Shown piece by piece: positions 46,901 through 54,823 of a stretch of 64,000 bases of DNA. The notes under the pieces are model-generated. The model saw only the letters and a list, made by a program, of their open reading frames with translations, made no database searches and was not told the origin of the DNA. The first letter of the stretch is position 1. Every line of letters begins with the position of its first letter. The translations under genes were made by a program, and so were the position numbers. Where the stretch lies: the IMG/VR virus record IMGVR_UViG_3300025390_000006. One strand, given 5' to 3'. Source of the DNA: an uncultured virus (IMG/VR IMGVR_UViG_3300025390_000006). Taxonomy: Duplodnaviria > Heunggongvirae > Uroviricota > Caudoviricetes.

Positions 46901-47475
46901 CAGGGACGGTTAACCCCGGAGACGTTGCAAGTGGCGGATTGAATACCAGCCAAGATCCTTCTGGCGTCTCTAACTCCACCCTCCTTCGCAATATTGTGAC
47001 GAATCAGGATTTGCAACGGGAATTGGTTACCAATTTAACGAACCAGAACATGCAGACGCTTGCGTCCAACGGATTTGCGACAACCCCCGGTAACATTTAC
47101 GCCGCTCATATGCTGGGTGTAAACGACGCGATGAAACTATTGCGCTCTGATCCATCCGCCGGGATTGAAAGCACGGGGGTTAACCCGAAAGCGATCAAGA
47201 GCAATAAATTGGATGGTATGACGGTATACGATTTCCTTAATCATACACAAAATCTAATGGCACAGGCCCCTACGGCTCCCATAGCCCCAACCGCTGGACG
47301 TACTTTCCAGAACAAGGGCGGTCGTGTTCAACGGTCCACTGGCGGTCGTATTCCTGAAATGGATAAGATCTTTAAGAGTGCGAAACGGGAATTGGACGGC
47401 CAAACTCAAAAAATGCTTCACATGCATGATGATGCAATCGTCAATGCTTTAAGAATTGCCCAACGTAGGGTATAA
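43903..47475 (+). CDS. Large ejection/internal virion protein with C-terminal lysozyme-like domain
   Basis: Ala/Gly hydrophobic segment; PESS..GAFGPWGLMPKT..IYAAHMLG. Confidence 0.7.
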   Translation: MDDQNPFISQYGSMDSQVTPAPSKAGSSSEGGNPFEEAYGAINEKQQKDQRYAERVQAYLPQQQEYYKEAGPGYDPSGGSIPLLGPLVMSGARHIEAALGAGGTDPTGKKAADYSERLQNLAARDEAAKIARKEAYPVRSVIQDFLPSLALGAVAPEAIGLEAAAGAAGEAALPAIAAETVAPAAGEAAAAAAVKEPIIPETSWLKTTTPGRAVMDVGRLGLEGAGYGAASAAGEKYFGTSPDAEDTSITQGALLGAGLGAGLGTAAKALTAGAGFAAERLPDWMTNMFSKDKDVLNNLAEKYELDRQNGFVRNAGTKDESKGMSFEDFHQARANGQTPIVADVGGDNLQGYIADVLANGDPDQVNALKGFLQRRSNTSGINFSNFLEKMYGVTDDMNLSALRQAAEDERVRINKENYGVFRNDPNYGRGTWSPEWNQYLNNGLFREGIDAVDAERRLIDPNYRSPFRTMFMDPSGKKMVNDVPLENMGLTDEQQLALMKRNVFSASDLSKMSPEEVSNIFFQPPADASNPIQMRAAKDNANQAASEILNAQKKFSPRTIVDSNQINTKYLDDLQRKLNEIGEARYQNGQIDVANAQKGIGNKIVGDLTDPKSRYFNPAFAKAREGYLYRRNGENAFKYGESFLTNINNTKKIHDVVEFTKTMTPEEKVSFQRAVLLDMLNRVKSGDRLNADKAMKFFKNAQYRKGMENIFGKEDVANMEHFINMEKLMNDVKNHLGMVDPNAERGPASKMADWVIAAHSLDMLLMKKGIEKGESFLQSRYGRKLYSQIKSDNINDLQAAHKSLTDPNNTKKDSAFIAKNILMGLARAGTRVGATAMGRKEGGRVGYDEGGDVRSGDSVGGYKGDTGGSSGDSGGNDNVRADTVSQSQQASSDAQAAANDRANSQDVSKFAFGKGFDTSGGDSGGPSMGSLPSGAATANVPTPHLDYVNKIVDSMQGPESSYGQNTYNMGSGAFGPWGLMPKTAVDQLTQLHPEYLNEATGTVNPGDVASGGLNTSQDPSGVSNSTLLRNIVTNQDLQRELVTNLTNQNMQTLASNGFATTPGNIYAAHMLGVNDAMKLLRSDPSAGIESTGVNPKAIKSNKLDGMTVYDFLNHTQNLMAQAPTAPIAPTAGRTFQNKGGRVQRSTGGRIPEMDKIFKSAKRELDGQTQKMLHMHDDAIVNALRIAQRRV

Positions 47476-47505
47476 TATCGTTGATTTTTCTGGAAAGGGT
47501 TTAAG

Positions 47506-48348
47506 ATGGGCGGATATATGAATGGTGGCGGTTATGGTTATCCCCCTCCCAATTCTGGGTATGGATATATGCCTGACCTCCAAGGTAATACGGCAGTCCC
47601 GCAAAGCAACGCGGCGCAAAATATACAAGCGAATCAGAACGCACAAACGGTCGTCCCAAATGGCGCGAATACTCAATATACGGGAGGGTTAAATTATGGC
47701 CCTAACCCGTACATGTATAGCGGCCAAGGTGGTTATGGTGGCTACGGCGTCATGCAGGGGTATAATGGGTATAATATGCCGCAAGGTGGTCCGCAGGGGC
47801 GGGATTTCTTTAAACAATTGTTAAGTACCCTCCAAGGGCTAAATACCAACACCACAAATCAACCCGCTACCCCAACTCCACCGACTACTCCGACAGATCC
47901 TAATGCTGCGTTGATAACCAGTGCATATCAAAAGGATTTTGGCCGCGCTCCTGATGCGGCTGGTCTTGCTTATTATCAGCAGCAATTGGCTCAACATCCA
48001 GAATATGCCAACAATTTAAACGCAATTATTGGTGGTGGTGCGGCGGCTGGTAGTGCTGATTATAATGCTTATAACGCTAATAATTTACCGACAGAAATGG
48101 GTGGTAACAAAGGAAGCTTTGGACCCGCAACATCTTCGGATGCATTGCCAGCAGTAAACCCCGTTACGGTTGGTGGGACAACGTACAATCCAACGATACC
48201 GTCGGGCGTTGGTGCTGGGTATATAAATAACTTGAACGCCGCCAATGCTAATCCTCAAATAGCCTCCGCTTTGGCTGGAGCGGTCAATGCGGGTATTCCC
48301 GGATTTAACGTTGTTAAGACTGGCGGTCGTATTAAATACAAGTATTGA
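47506..48348 (+). CDS. Low-complexity protein with GRAPDAAGLAYY motif
   Basis: G/Y/N-rich; ends KTGGRIKYKY. Confidence 0.6.
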   Translation: MGGYMNGGGYGYPPPNSGYGYMPDLQGNTAVPQSNAAQNIQANQNAQTVVPNGANTQYTGGLNYGPNPYMYSGQGGYGGYGVMQGYNGYNMPQGGPQGRDFFKQLLSTLQGLNTNTTNQPATPTPPTTPTDPNAALITSAYQKDFGRAPDAAGLAYYQQQLAQHPEYANNLNAIIGGGAAAGSADYNAYNANNLPTEMGGNKGSFGPATSSDALPAVNPVTVGGTTYNPTIPSGVGAGYINNLNAANANPQIASALAGAVNAGIPGFNVVKTGGRIKYKY

Positions 48349-48368
48349 TTTGATTGGGGATTTACTGA

Positions 48369-48836
48369 ATGGACCCGTTTACCCTTATAGCGGGCGCTAC
48401 CGCAATCTATAACTCCATTAAGTCCGCCGTTGATTCGGGTCGGGACATGATGGAGACTGCGGAGAAGGTAAGCAATCTATTTAGCAAAGTTGGTCAAATT
48501 GTTACGGTAACCTCTACGCCGCATAAGAAAAAACTATTCCAAAGCCAAGCGGATTATGAGGCGGAGGCGGTAAAACGCTACGCTGTTAAAGCTAAAGCAC
48601 AGGATATGCAGCTTCAGGTAAAGAACATGTTCGTGGGCCAATATGGTCCCGCAGCATGGGAAGGCATCCAACGTCAAGTCATTGAAATGCGGAAAGAGGC
48701 GGCCCGTCAAGCTGCTGCCGCGTTAAAAGAACAGGAAGAAAACCGTAAGGATTTAATTATGGTTAGCAGTATCGTTGGATTTTTGGTATTAGGTATAGGC
48801 GCAATCGGCATCTTTTTAATGTTAACGGTGAAATAA
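48369..48836 (+). CDS. Conserved protein with C-terminal TM helix
   Basis: MDPFTLIA..; coiled-coil followed by TM. Confidence 0.65.
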   Translation: MDPFTLIAGATAIYNSIKSAVDSGRDMMETAEKVSNLFSKVGQIVTVTSTPHKKKLFQSQADYEAEAVKRYAVKAKAQDMQLQVKNMFVGQYGPAAWEGIQRQVIEMRKEAARQAAAALKEQEENRKDLIMVSSIVGFLVLGIGAIGIFLMLTVK

Positions 48837-48837
48837 C

Positions 48838-49062
48838 ATGCTTCAAGCTCTTAAACATATGTTCACTGGGGTGGACAACATGACTTGGGACATTGGCCGC
48901 ATCTTATGGGCTAAAATGTCCTTTGTTTACTGCGCGGTTACCGCATATCAGGCGGTGATTCATGGGAACTTTGACCCTCAAAACTGGGCTATCGGCGCTT
49001 CCGCTATCCTTGCTGGCGGCGGTGGTGGGTTAGCACTAAAGTCTAAGACGGAGCCATCGTAA
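48838..49062 (+). CDS. Putative holin (2 TM)
   Basis: Two hydrophobic segments; located in the lysis cluster. Confidence 0.55.
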   Translation: MLQALKHMFTGVDNMTWDIGRILWAKMSFVYCAVTAYQAVIHGNFDPQNWAIGASAILAGGGGGLALKSKTEPS

Positions 49063-49319
49063 TGTTCTTCCTACTCCTTAATCCTTGGGTGCGTAATGCC
49101 GCAATCGCCGTTGGGATAAGTGCCGCACTTATTCTGGGCTATGCATACTGGGCGGGCCATGAAAAGGCTATAGGGGCCGCCAATGAGCGGGCGCAGGAAG
49201 AGGTCATAGCGATTCAGCATGAGCAGAAGGTCGATGCGGAGGCGGTTAAAATAGACCAGTCTGTCTCTCAGGATAATACCCCTCAGGATACCCTTCAGAA
49301 ACAATGGAGCCAACCATGA
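49062..49319 (+). CDS. Putative i-spanin (Rz-like)
   Basis: N-terminal TM followed by a periplasmic helix. Confidence 0.6.
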   Translation: MFFLLLNPWVRNAAIAVGISAALILGYAYWAGHEKAIGAANERAQEEVIAIQHEQKVDAEAVKIDQSVSQDNTPQDTLQKQWSQP

Positions 49320-49513
49320 AGCGGATTTTTATATTGGTATCGATATTACCTATGGCGGCCTGTATGCCTAAGCCAGAGACTAAGATTGTAGATACATCCT
49401 GCAATTGGGTGAAGCCTATTTATGTCAGAAAAACTGATACTTTATCTAACAAAACGGCATCGGAAATCTTGTCCCATGACGAAAAATGGAAGCAGTTCTG
49501 CGGGAATAAATAA
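49316..49513 (+). CDS. Putative o-spanin lipoprotein (Rz1-like)
   Basis: Signal peptide with lipobox MAAC; DTSCNWVKPI. Confidence 0.65.
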   Translation: MKRIFILVSILPMAACMPKPETKIVDTSCNWVKPIYVRKTDTLSNKTASEILSHDEKWKQFCGNK

Positions 49514-50025
49514 TGAAAGATAATTTTGAGCAGTGTTTAGCCCTTGTTCTTAAGGAAGAAGGGGGCTATGTGAATGATGCACGTGATCCGGGGGGCCGGA
49601 CAAACCACGGCGTTACTCAAAAAGTCTGGGAAGATTGGGTCGGTCATCCGGTGACGGAGATGGACATGATGAACTTGACGATTCAGGATGTCGCCCCCCT
49701 GTACAAAAAGAACTACTGGGATAAGATAAATGGCGACTCACTTCCTCTTGGCATTGACTATGCCACTTTTGATATGGCTGTTAATAGCGGGGTAAGCCGT
49801 GCGGCAAAAACCCTCCAGCAGATATGCGGTGTGGGTCAAGACGGACAAGTCGGGCCAGAAACAATTGCTGCTGCTGAAGAGGCAAACGGTCGTGAAACTG
49901 CAACGCGAATCTGCGAAGCCCGGTTAGCTTTCCTACAAGGACTTCCTACGTGGCCCACTTTTGGAAAAGGTTGGGGCGGTCGCGTATCAAGGGTTGAAAA
50001 TATAGCGTTTCGTATGGTAGAATAA
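49513..50025 (+). CDS. Endolysin, glycoside hydrolase family 108
   Basis: EGGYVN..DPGGRTNHGVT, FDMAVNSG, DGQVGPET, FGKGW..R. Confidence 0.9.
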   Translation: MKDNFEQCLALVLKEEGGYVNDARDPGGRTNHGVTQKVWEDWVGHPVTEMDMMNLTIQDVAPLYKKNYWDKINGDSLPLGIDYATFDMAVNSGVSRAAKTLQQICGVGQDGQVGPETIAAAEEANGRETATRICEARLAFLQGLPTWPTFGKGWGGRVSRVENIAFRMVE

Positions 50026-50068
50026 GAGGTACCGTGGTTTTTCCTTCCCACGGTATCCTCCCTGACTT

Positions 50069-50105
50069 GGGGCCGATCAGTTTCGGGGCTGGTCGGCCTC
50101 CTTTT
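50069..50105 (+). terminator. Terminator at the convergence of the late and recombination operons
   Basis: GGGGCCGATCAG..CTGGTCGGCCTC followed by CTTTT. Confidence 0.7.
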
Positions 50106-50430
50106 CATTACAGATTGTTATAATGTATTTACAACTTTGAACTACGGGGAGATTGCTCCCGTTGCTTTTGTAAATCCTCTCACTGTCAATCCATTGTAAC
50201 TCTTTTAGCCCTTTTAAAGCGCGAATCACCACCGCCCGATTCGTGAAAGTAGCCTCCGCAATTTCATCCAATGTAGCTACAAAATGCTTTGGGCCGTAAT
50301 GATCCAAAATACGAAGCATCATTATCTGCTCCCTCATTCGGGCATTGCTGGTCCAAATCACCGTTTGGATCATCTCCATTATTGTGGGCGGGGTGCGACT
50401 AACACTGGCGTTCATCATCATCCCCATCAA
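50077..50430 (-). CDS. Winged-HTH protein (start uncertain)
   Basis: TLDEIAEATFTNRAVVIRALKGLKELQWI. Confidence 0.65.
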   Translation of the reverse strand: MMGMMMNASVSRTPPTIMEMIQTVIWTSNARMREQIMMLRILDHYGPKHFVATLDEIAEATFTNRAVVIRALKGLKELQWIDSERIYKSNGSNLPVVQSCKYIITICNEKEADQPRN

Positions 50431-50635
50431 GAGACATGTGAATTTCCCTTCGTTTGAATGTCAGATTGGTCTGCGCCCTAACATCCGGGTTTGCATACGT
50501 CCAAATTTCACCCGTGTTATCTTGTACGCACACCCATAGAAGGTGATGCTCTTCGCCGTAATCAATCACAAAATGCGCTAAAGCTGGACCTTTTGGGGTT
50601 AGCATTGGTAAAGTTGGTCTGAGTTGCAAAATCAA
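50399..50635 (-). CDS. Conserved hypothetical phage protein
   Basis: TPKGPALAHFVIDYG..TGEIWT..NPDVR. Confidence 0.7.
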   Translation of the reverse strand: MILQLRPTLPMLTPKGPALAHFVIDYGEEHHLLWVCVQDNTGEIWTYANPDVRAQTNLTFKRREIHMSLDGDDDERQC

Positions 50636-50958
50636 TGTGTTTGCTCCTTACCGCTTTCCAGAAGGTGCTTTAGATAATCTTGAACAATACCTTTAACTTT
50701 TCGGAGGGTTGTTTCTAATGTGTTATCTTCAAGAACTTCGCGGTTCATCATGCAAGTAATGAGCATGAGGGATATGGAATGGATGATGATCGCATCCGAC
50801 ATTTTATCGGTCACCTTCCCATCCTTCACCATCTCCATGACCGATTCGTTAATCGCGAAGGATAGCTTATCCGCCAATGGAAAGGCATGATCGTAGATGT
50901 TTTCTAACGGATTTTCTTTCGCGTTAGGGTCAAAATCGTCTGGTAATATGAGTGCCAT
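50632..50958 (-). CDS. Hypothetical protein
   Basis: Coupled ORF. Confidence 0.65.
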   Translation of the reverse strand: MALILPDDFDPNAKENPLENIYDHAFPLADKLSFAINESVMEMVKDGKVTDKMSDAIIIHSISLMLITCMMNREVLEDNTLETTLRKVKGIVQDYLKHLLESGKEQTH

Positions 50959-51218
50959 TAGTTAATTCCGTCCATGTTAATTGGGAAATGTTTATGGTTT
51001 TTTATAAAATCTTGTGCTTCTTCTAACGTTTCAAATGTTGCGATAGATTCATACGTTAAGAAAAAGTCTTCCCACCGTTTTACTCTAAAACCAATTTCTT
51101 TCTTTTCTGGCCTACCATTTCGGTCATATGTAGTTACTTGAATGGCATCAATTATCCATTTTGGGTTCCTCCAAGACAACCTCACTAATGGCCTCATTAA
51201 AGCGTAAAAAAATTCCAT
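50958..51218 (-). CDS. Hypothetical protein
   Basis: Coupled ORF. Confidence 0.6.
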   Translation of the reverse strand: MEFFYALMRPLVRLSWRNPKWIIDAIQVTTYDRNGRPEKKEIGFRVKRWEDFFLTYESIATFETLEEAQDFIKNHKHFPINMDGIN

Positions 51219-51565
51219 TACTCATCTCTCCTAACTACGGTTCCGTCTAATTTTCGCTTGAATGCAGATTTTTTACCAAAAGGTAAGGGCGTCCTTGATA
51301 CATGACCTCCAAGGTGACGCGCTTCGCGCCTCTTAGCCTTTGCAATTTGACCCACGTCATCAGACGTTTTTGTTCGATGACATTTAATATGGGCCAGTTC
51401 CCAGTTAGCCTCAGCATCTTCCCCGCCCATCGCAAGAGGAATTCTATGCTCCAACTCCCAAGCTTCTCCAACATTAATTTTACCCCCACATATGTGACAC
51501 AGGCCGCCCCGTGATTGGAACAGGGCTACCCGTTTCTTCGTTGATATTGACGCTCTTTTTACCAT
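51218..51565 (-). CDS. HNH endonuclease
   Basis: CHICG..EHRIPLAMGG..N..AHIKCHRTKT. Confidence 0.85.
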   Translation of the reverse strand: MVKRASISTKKRVALFQSRGGLCHICGGKINVGEAWELEHRIPLAMGGEDAEANWELAHIKCHRTKTSDDVGQIAKAKRREARHLGGHVSRTPLPFGKKSAFKRKLDGTVVRRDE

Positions 51566-51831
51566 GGCATGTCGTCATTGAGCGAATCTTTAACTGATGG
51601 TTTTGCCTGTTGTGGCTTAGGGAATGATCCCTTTGACTCAGGCGGCTTAACTTCATCACCCATCCGTCCACCAAGGAAATTATTGCCGTTCTTGGAGGTC
51701 TTATTCCAAAACGCCAATTCATAATCTTTCCCTTCAATATGAATGGACCCCCGCCAATCTGGCTGGCTATCCTTGGTCTTACGATCATTCGCGAACAACG
51801 TTGCGTCGCCATGCTTCTTTTCATACGCCAT
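51559..51831 (-). CDS. Putative ssDNA-binding protein (DUF736-like OB fold)
   Basis: QPDWRGSI..AFWNK..FLGG; acidic tail DDMPW. Confidence 0.65.
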   Translation of the reverse strand: MAYEKKHGDATLFANDRKTKDSQPDWRGSIHIEGKDYELAFWNKTSKNGNNFLGGRMGDEVKPPESKGSFPKPQQAKPSVKDSLNDDMPW

Positions 51832-51832
51832 T

Positions 51833-52285
51833 TTACTTACTCCATAAGTCAACAATGTTAAAACCAATCATCTTCTCCACCTCATGGAGGAGTTCATACT
51901 GGTTGATTTCTGGTATTACTTCTTCCGTTATTACGTCCAAAGAACTCTCAAAAAACTTTCGGAACTCTTCTTGATCCATTGCGTTAAAACTAATGGATCT
52001 TGCAACCCACCAGACCTTATCGTCATGGAACCGAACTTCCTCCACATACCCAAGGCGGATCTTCAACCAAAGTAGTAGCTGTTCCGGCTTACGGTACGTT
52101 TCGTGGTTCTCACAAATCTTCTGAATCAACGCCCAGAAGAACCTATGTTGTTTTGAACTACGGGGCCGTGTGATCGTCACGGATAAGTCTTTCCCCGTAG
52201 GGAACTCAGCCAAAGCCTCTTCGTCCACTAAGGAGCAAGGTTCCAGCTTGTTCCCATTGCGGCGGACATAAATGACTTCAGCCAT
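51833..52285 (-). CDS. DUF1367/NinB-like recombination accessory protein
   Basis: PRSSKQHRFFWAL..SISFNAMDQEEF. Confidence 0.7.
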   Translation of the reverse strand: MAEVIYVRRNGNKLEPCSLVDEEALAEFPTGKDLSVTITRPRSSKQHRFFWALIQKICENHETYRKPEQLLLWLKIRLGYVEEVRFHDDKVWWVARSISFNAMDQEEFRKFFESSLDVITEEVIPEINQYELLHEVEKMIGFNIVDLWSK

Positions 52286-52910
52286 TGCCTTTCAATTCGT
52301 CCCTGCGTAACTTATAATAGTCTTGCAATTCTTTGCGGTGACCGGGGAGAAGCATCGCAATTTTGTCTTTGTTCTCCGTCGCCCACTCCGTTAATTGCTG
52401 TTGGTTTTCGCAGAAATCCAATACACCCTTAATGACTTCCATTAGTTTGGTGCTATCGTCTGGCGTAAGACCCGGCTCCATTTGCTTTGGCGCAGCCTTA
52501 GCCTTTACAGCGGTCGTATCAGCCGCCTGAGCAGCATTGCCGTCATCATCATCCTCACCCGCGACACCCACCAAACCAAATAGCGAATAGCGGCGGGCAT
52601 AGGTCATCGCTGACCCCATCTCCTGCGGGCGACCAAGGCCACCTACCGGATAGTCCGATTCAAGCCACTGTCCAGATTTATGAACGATACGGGTGTTAAG
52701 GATAATGATTCCATCCATTACGGACGTACCTTGAACGAATGCCAACCCGTGCTTTGCGTAGCATTCACGGATCGCATCCAGACCGTCAGAGAGGTCCACG
52801 TAGCGGGATTTAAAGTGTGGGTTGATCTTGTTCTTAGGCGGGTTCTTTAACGCCCCCTGTGCGGCTGCTAAGGCCGTGGAGAGGTGTTCAATGCTTTCAC
52901 TTGTCTTCAT
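52278..52910 (-). CDS. erf: ERF-family ssDNA annealing protein
   Basis: NPHFKSRY, HKSGQW, QEMGSAMTYARRYSL..G..EDDDGN. Confidence 0.9.
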   Translation of the reverse strand: MKTSESIEHLSTALAAAQGALKNPPKNKINPHFKSRYVDLSDGLDAIRECYAKHGLAFVQGTSVMDGIIILNTRIVHKSGQWLESDYPVGGLGRPQEMGSAMTYARRYSLFGLVGVAGEDDDDGNAAQAADTTAVKAKAAPKQMEPGLTPDDSTKLMEVIKGVLDFCENQQQLTEWATENKDKIAMLLPGHRKELQDYYKLRRDELKGNG

Positions 52911-52921
52911 AATCTTTCCTT

Positions 52922-53170
52922 TCAGTGTGCTTTTTTTCTGTCTGGGTTACCAGTTACTTCGTATAGTATTGCGCGGGCGTGTCCGTCCGCGATCTCAATT
53001 TCCCTTGGGGCGGAGGGGTTCTGCAATTGCTTCGCAAGTTCAGGTAGGAGTTCCGCCAACCTATCCCTTATGAATTGCCCCTCATCCGCCGCGACTAAAG
53101 GATGAACTTCAATTTGGAAACCATCTGTCATCATGTGGATTTCCAATATTAAGACGCTTTCTTCGCGCAT
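52922..53170 (-). CDS. Hypothetical protein
   Basis: ATG at 53170, immediately after the previous stop. Confidence 0.55.
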   Translation of the reverse strand: MREESVLILEIHMMTDGFQIEVHPLVAADEGQFIRDRLAELLPELAKQLQNPSAPREIEIADGHARAILYEVTGNPDRKKAH

Positions 53171-53171
53171 A

Positions 53172-53498
53172 TTAATCGCCTTCCTTAAATACGGGCGTTG
53201 GCGGATCGCCAAAACATTTTTTTTCCCATTCAACTCTTCTTTTTAACCAATCCGCTTCTTCCTGCATAAAGACTGAATAAGATTTTTTTGCAGAAAGCCA
53301 GAAGTGACGGGGTACGTTTGGGCAAATTCTTTCCAATTCACGTATAGTTTTGGCAAGGCGTATACCATGCTCAATGAGATGTTCGGACCATCCCATTCCC
53401 CGCTCAATTTCATCTGCGGCGGCATGATAAATTGCATCTGATTTTACGCCACCCACTTCCCAATCACCAAGTTCGCGCAATCGGTTTACAATATCCAT
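53172..53498 (-). CDS. Orphan cassette-family protein (MDIVNRLR..AAADEIER..FKEGD)
   Basis: Carries degenerate copies of all three array motifs. Confidence 0.75.
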   Translation of the reverse strand: MDIVNRLRELGDWEVGGVKSDAIYHAAADEIERGMGWSEHLIEHGIRLAKTIRELERICPNVPRHFWLSAKKSYSVFMQEEADWLKRRVEWEKKCFGDPPTPVFKEGD

Positions 53499-53499
53499 T

Positions 53500-54282
53500 T
53501 CAATCCCCCTTCAATCTTAACGCACCCCGCTTATCGCGCTTGATGCTGACACCGTATCCATACGCTTCCGCCATATCTTCCTCCATCAGACCCTTCAGGC
53601 CAGAGGCGGCTTCATCGTACATTTTCTTACCCGCTGAGTTTAACTGCAACTGATTCGCGAAGTTAGCCCACGCATTGTTGCCCGTCATATCAACGCGGCG
53701 CACCGCATCTACCGGAGGCCGTACGGTAATTGTAACTGGCGGGGTGCCATTTTTGACACAATCCCAAAAGCGTTTTTCCGCGTCAATCAAGATATCCGCG
53801 TATATCGCATCAAGGTTTATGTCGTACTTCTCCCACTTATGGTTGCCGTAAAAGACGGATAGGACAGCCTTCTCCACGCCGCACACCAGCATGTTATGCG
53901 TTAGCTGGGGATAGTAGCGGTCCATAATTTCGTCGTCCTTAGAGAACGCAGAAACGTGTTTAGCTTCAAAAACGGTGAGGCCGTCGTCTGTGAGTCCATC
54001 AAGGGTGCATCCCATGAAAGAGTGAGATAAACTAATCTTTTGGGTACCGTTATCCGTAACATGACGACCCGTCTGCTTTGTAAACCACTGTATGTTAAAA
54101 GGTTCTGTAAAAACTCCCATCTGTACTGGAAGTGCGTCGGACAGATCATGGTCTTCTGCTTTCCCTCTTTTTATTTTCCATAATTCAAAAATACGTTCTT
54201 CATCACCTCCCATGATTGTGTTTGCATCTGACCCGCCCAATAGTTTTGAGCGGAACTCTTTCTGTTCCTTCGTAAGTGCCAT
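53500..54282 (-). CDS. YqaJ-like (lambda exo family) exonuclease
   Basis: R..LGGSDA, G..E, CTLDG, FEAKH, YYPQLTHNM. Confidence 0.88.
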   Translation of the reverse strand: MALTKEQKEFRSKLLGGSDANTIMGGDEERIFELWKIKRGKAEDHDLSDALPVQMGVFTEPFNIQWFTKQTGRHVTDNGTQKISLSHSFMGCTLDGLTDDGLTVFEAKHVSAFSKDDEIMDRYYPQLTHNMLVCGVEKAVLSVFYGNHKWEKYDINLDAIYADILIDAEKRFWDCVKNGTPPVTITVRPPVDAVRRVDMTGNNAWANFANQLQLNSAGKKMYDEAASGLKGLMEEDMAEAYGYGVSIKRDKRGALRLKGD

Positions 54283-54346
54283 TTTTATCTTTCCCGTTGA
54301 TAGTGAGAGGAATTTCCCACTGATTCGCTATTATGTCAACTACTAA

Positions 54347-54823
54347 TTATAGTTCTATAAATTCACCTAAATTAAAGGTGCAGAAGTATGCTTTCTCAGT
54401 ATCACCGCGTTCGCTGTCAGTAACATCTCTGGATGTCCATTGATCCATCGTATCTGTTTTAACAACAAATGCATGTGTCCTATCTTTATTAACGATGAAG
54501 TACGCAAATGCATTTACGCGATGCGTTTTGTGTACCTCATTGATAAGGACTGACTTGAAGGGGTAATCTGACACAGATGTAAAGCTATGCTTCGTTCCCT
54601 TTACCTCAATGATAAAATCATTACCACTGGCGGTATGACAAATAATGTCACCCTTATCGACATACTCAGCGGACTTCGTCACATTAGGTGCTAATTCCAT
54701 TGATGGAATGGTTACCCCAAGGCCCTTTTCCCGCCAGATATATTCCGCGACTTTGAAAACAGCCGCCCGTGAATTTTGGAAGCGCTTTGTAAAAACCGCC
54801 CATTCCCGTTCGCTTTGTCTCAT
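54347..54823 (-). CDS. PD-(D/E)xK-like nuclease
   Basis: DKGDI..IEVKG. Confidence 0.6.
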   Translation of the reverse strand: MRQSEREWAVFTKRFQNSRAAVFKVAEYIWREKGLGVTIPSMELAPNVTKSAEYVDKGDIICHTASGNDFIIEVKGTKHSFTSVSDYPFKSVLINEVHKTHRVNAFAYFIVNKDRTHAFVVKTDTMDQWTSRDVTDSERGDTEKAYFCTFNLGEFIEL

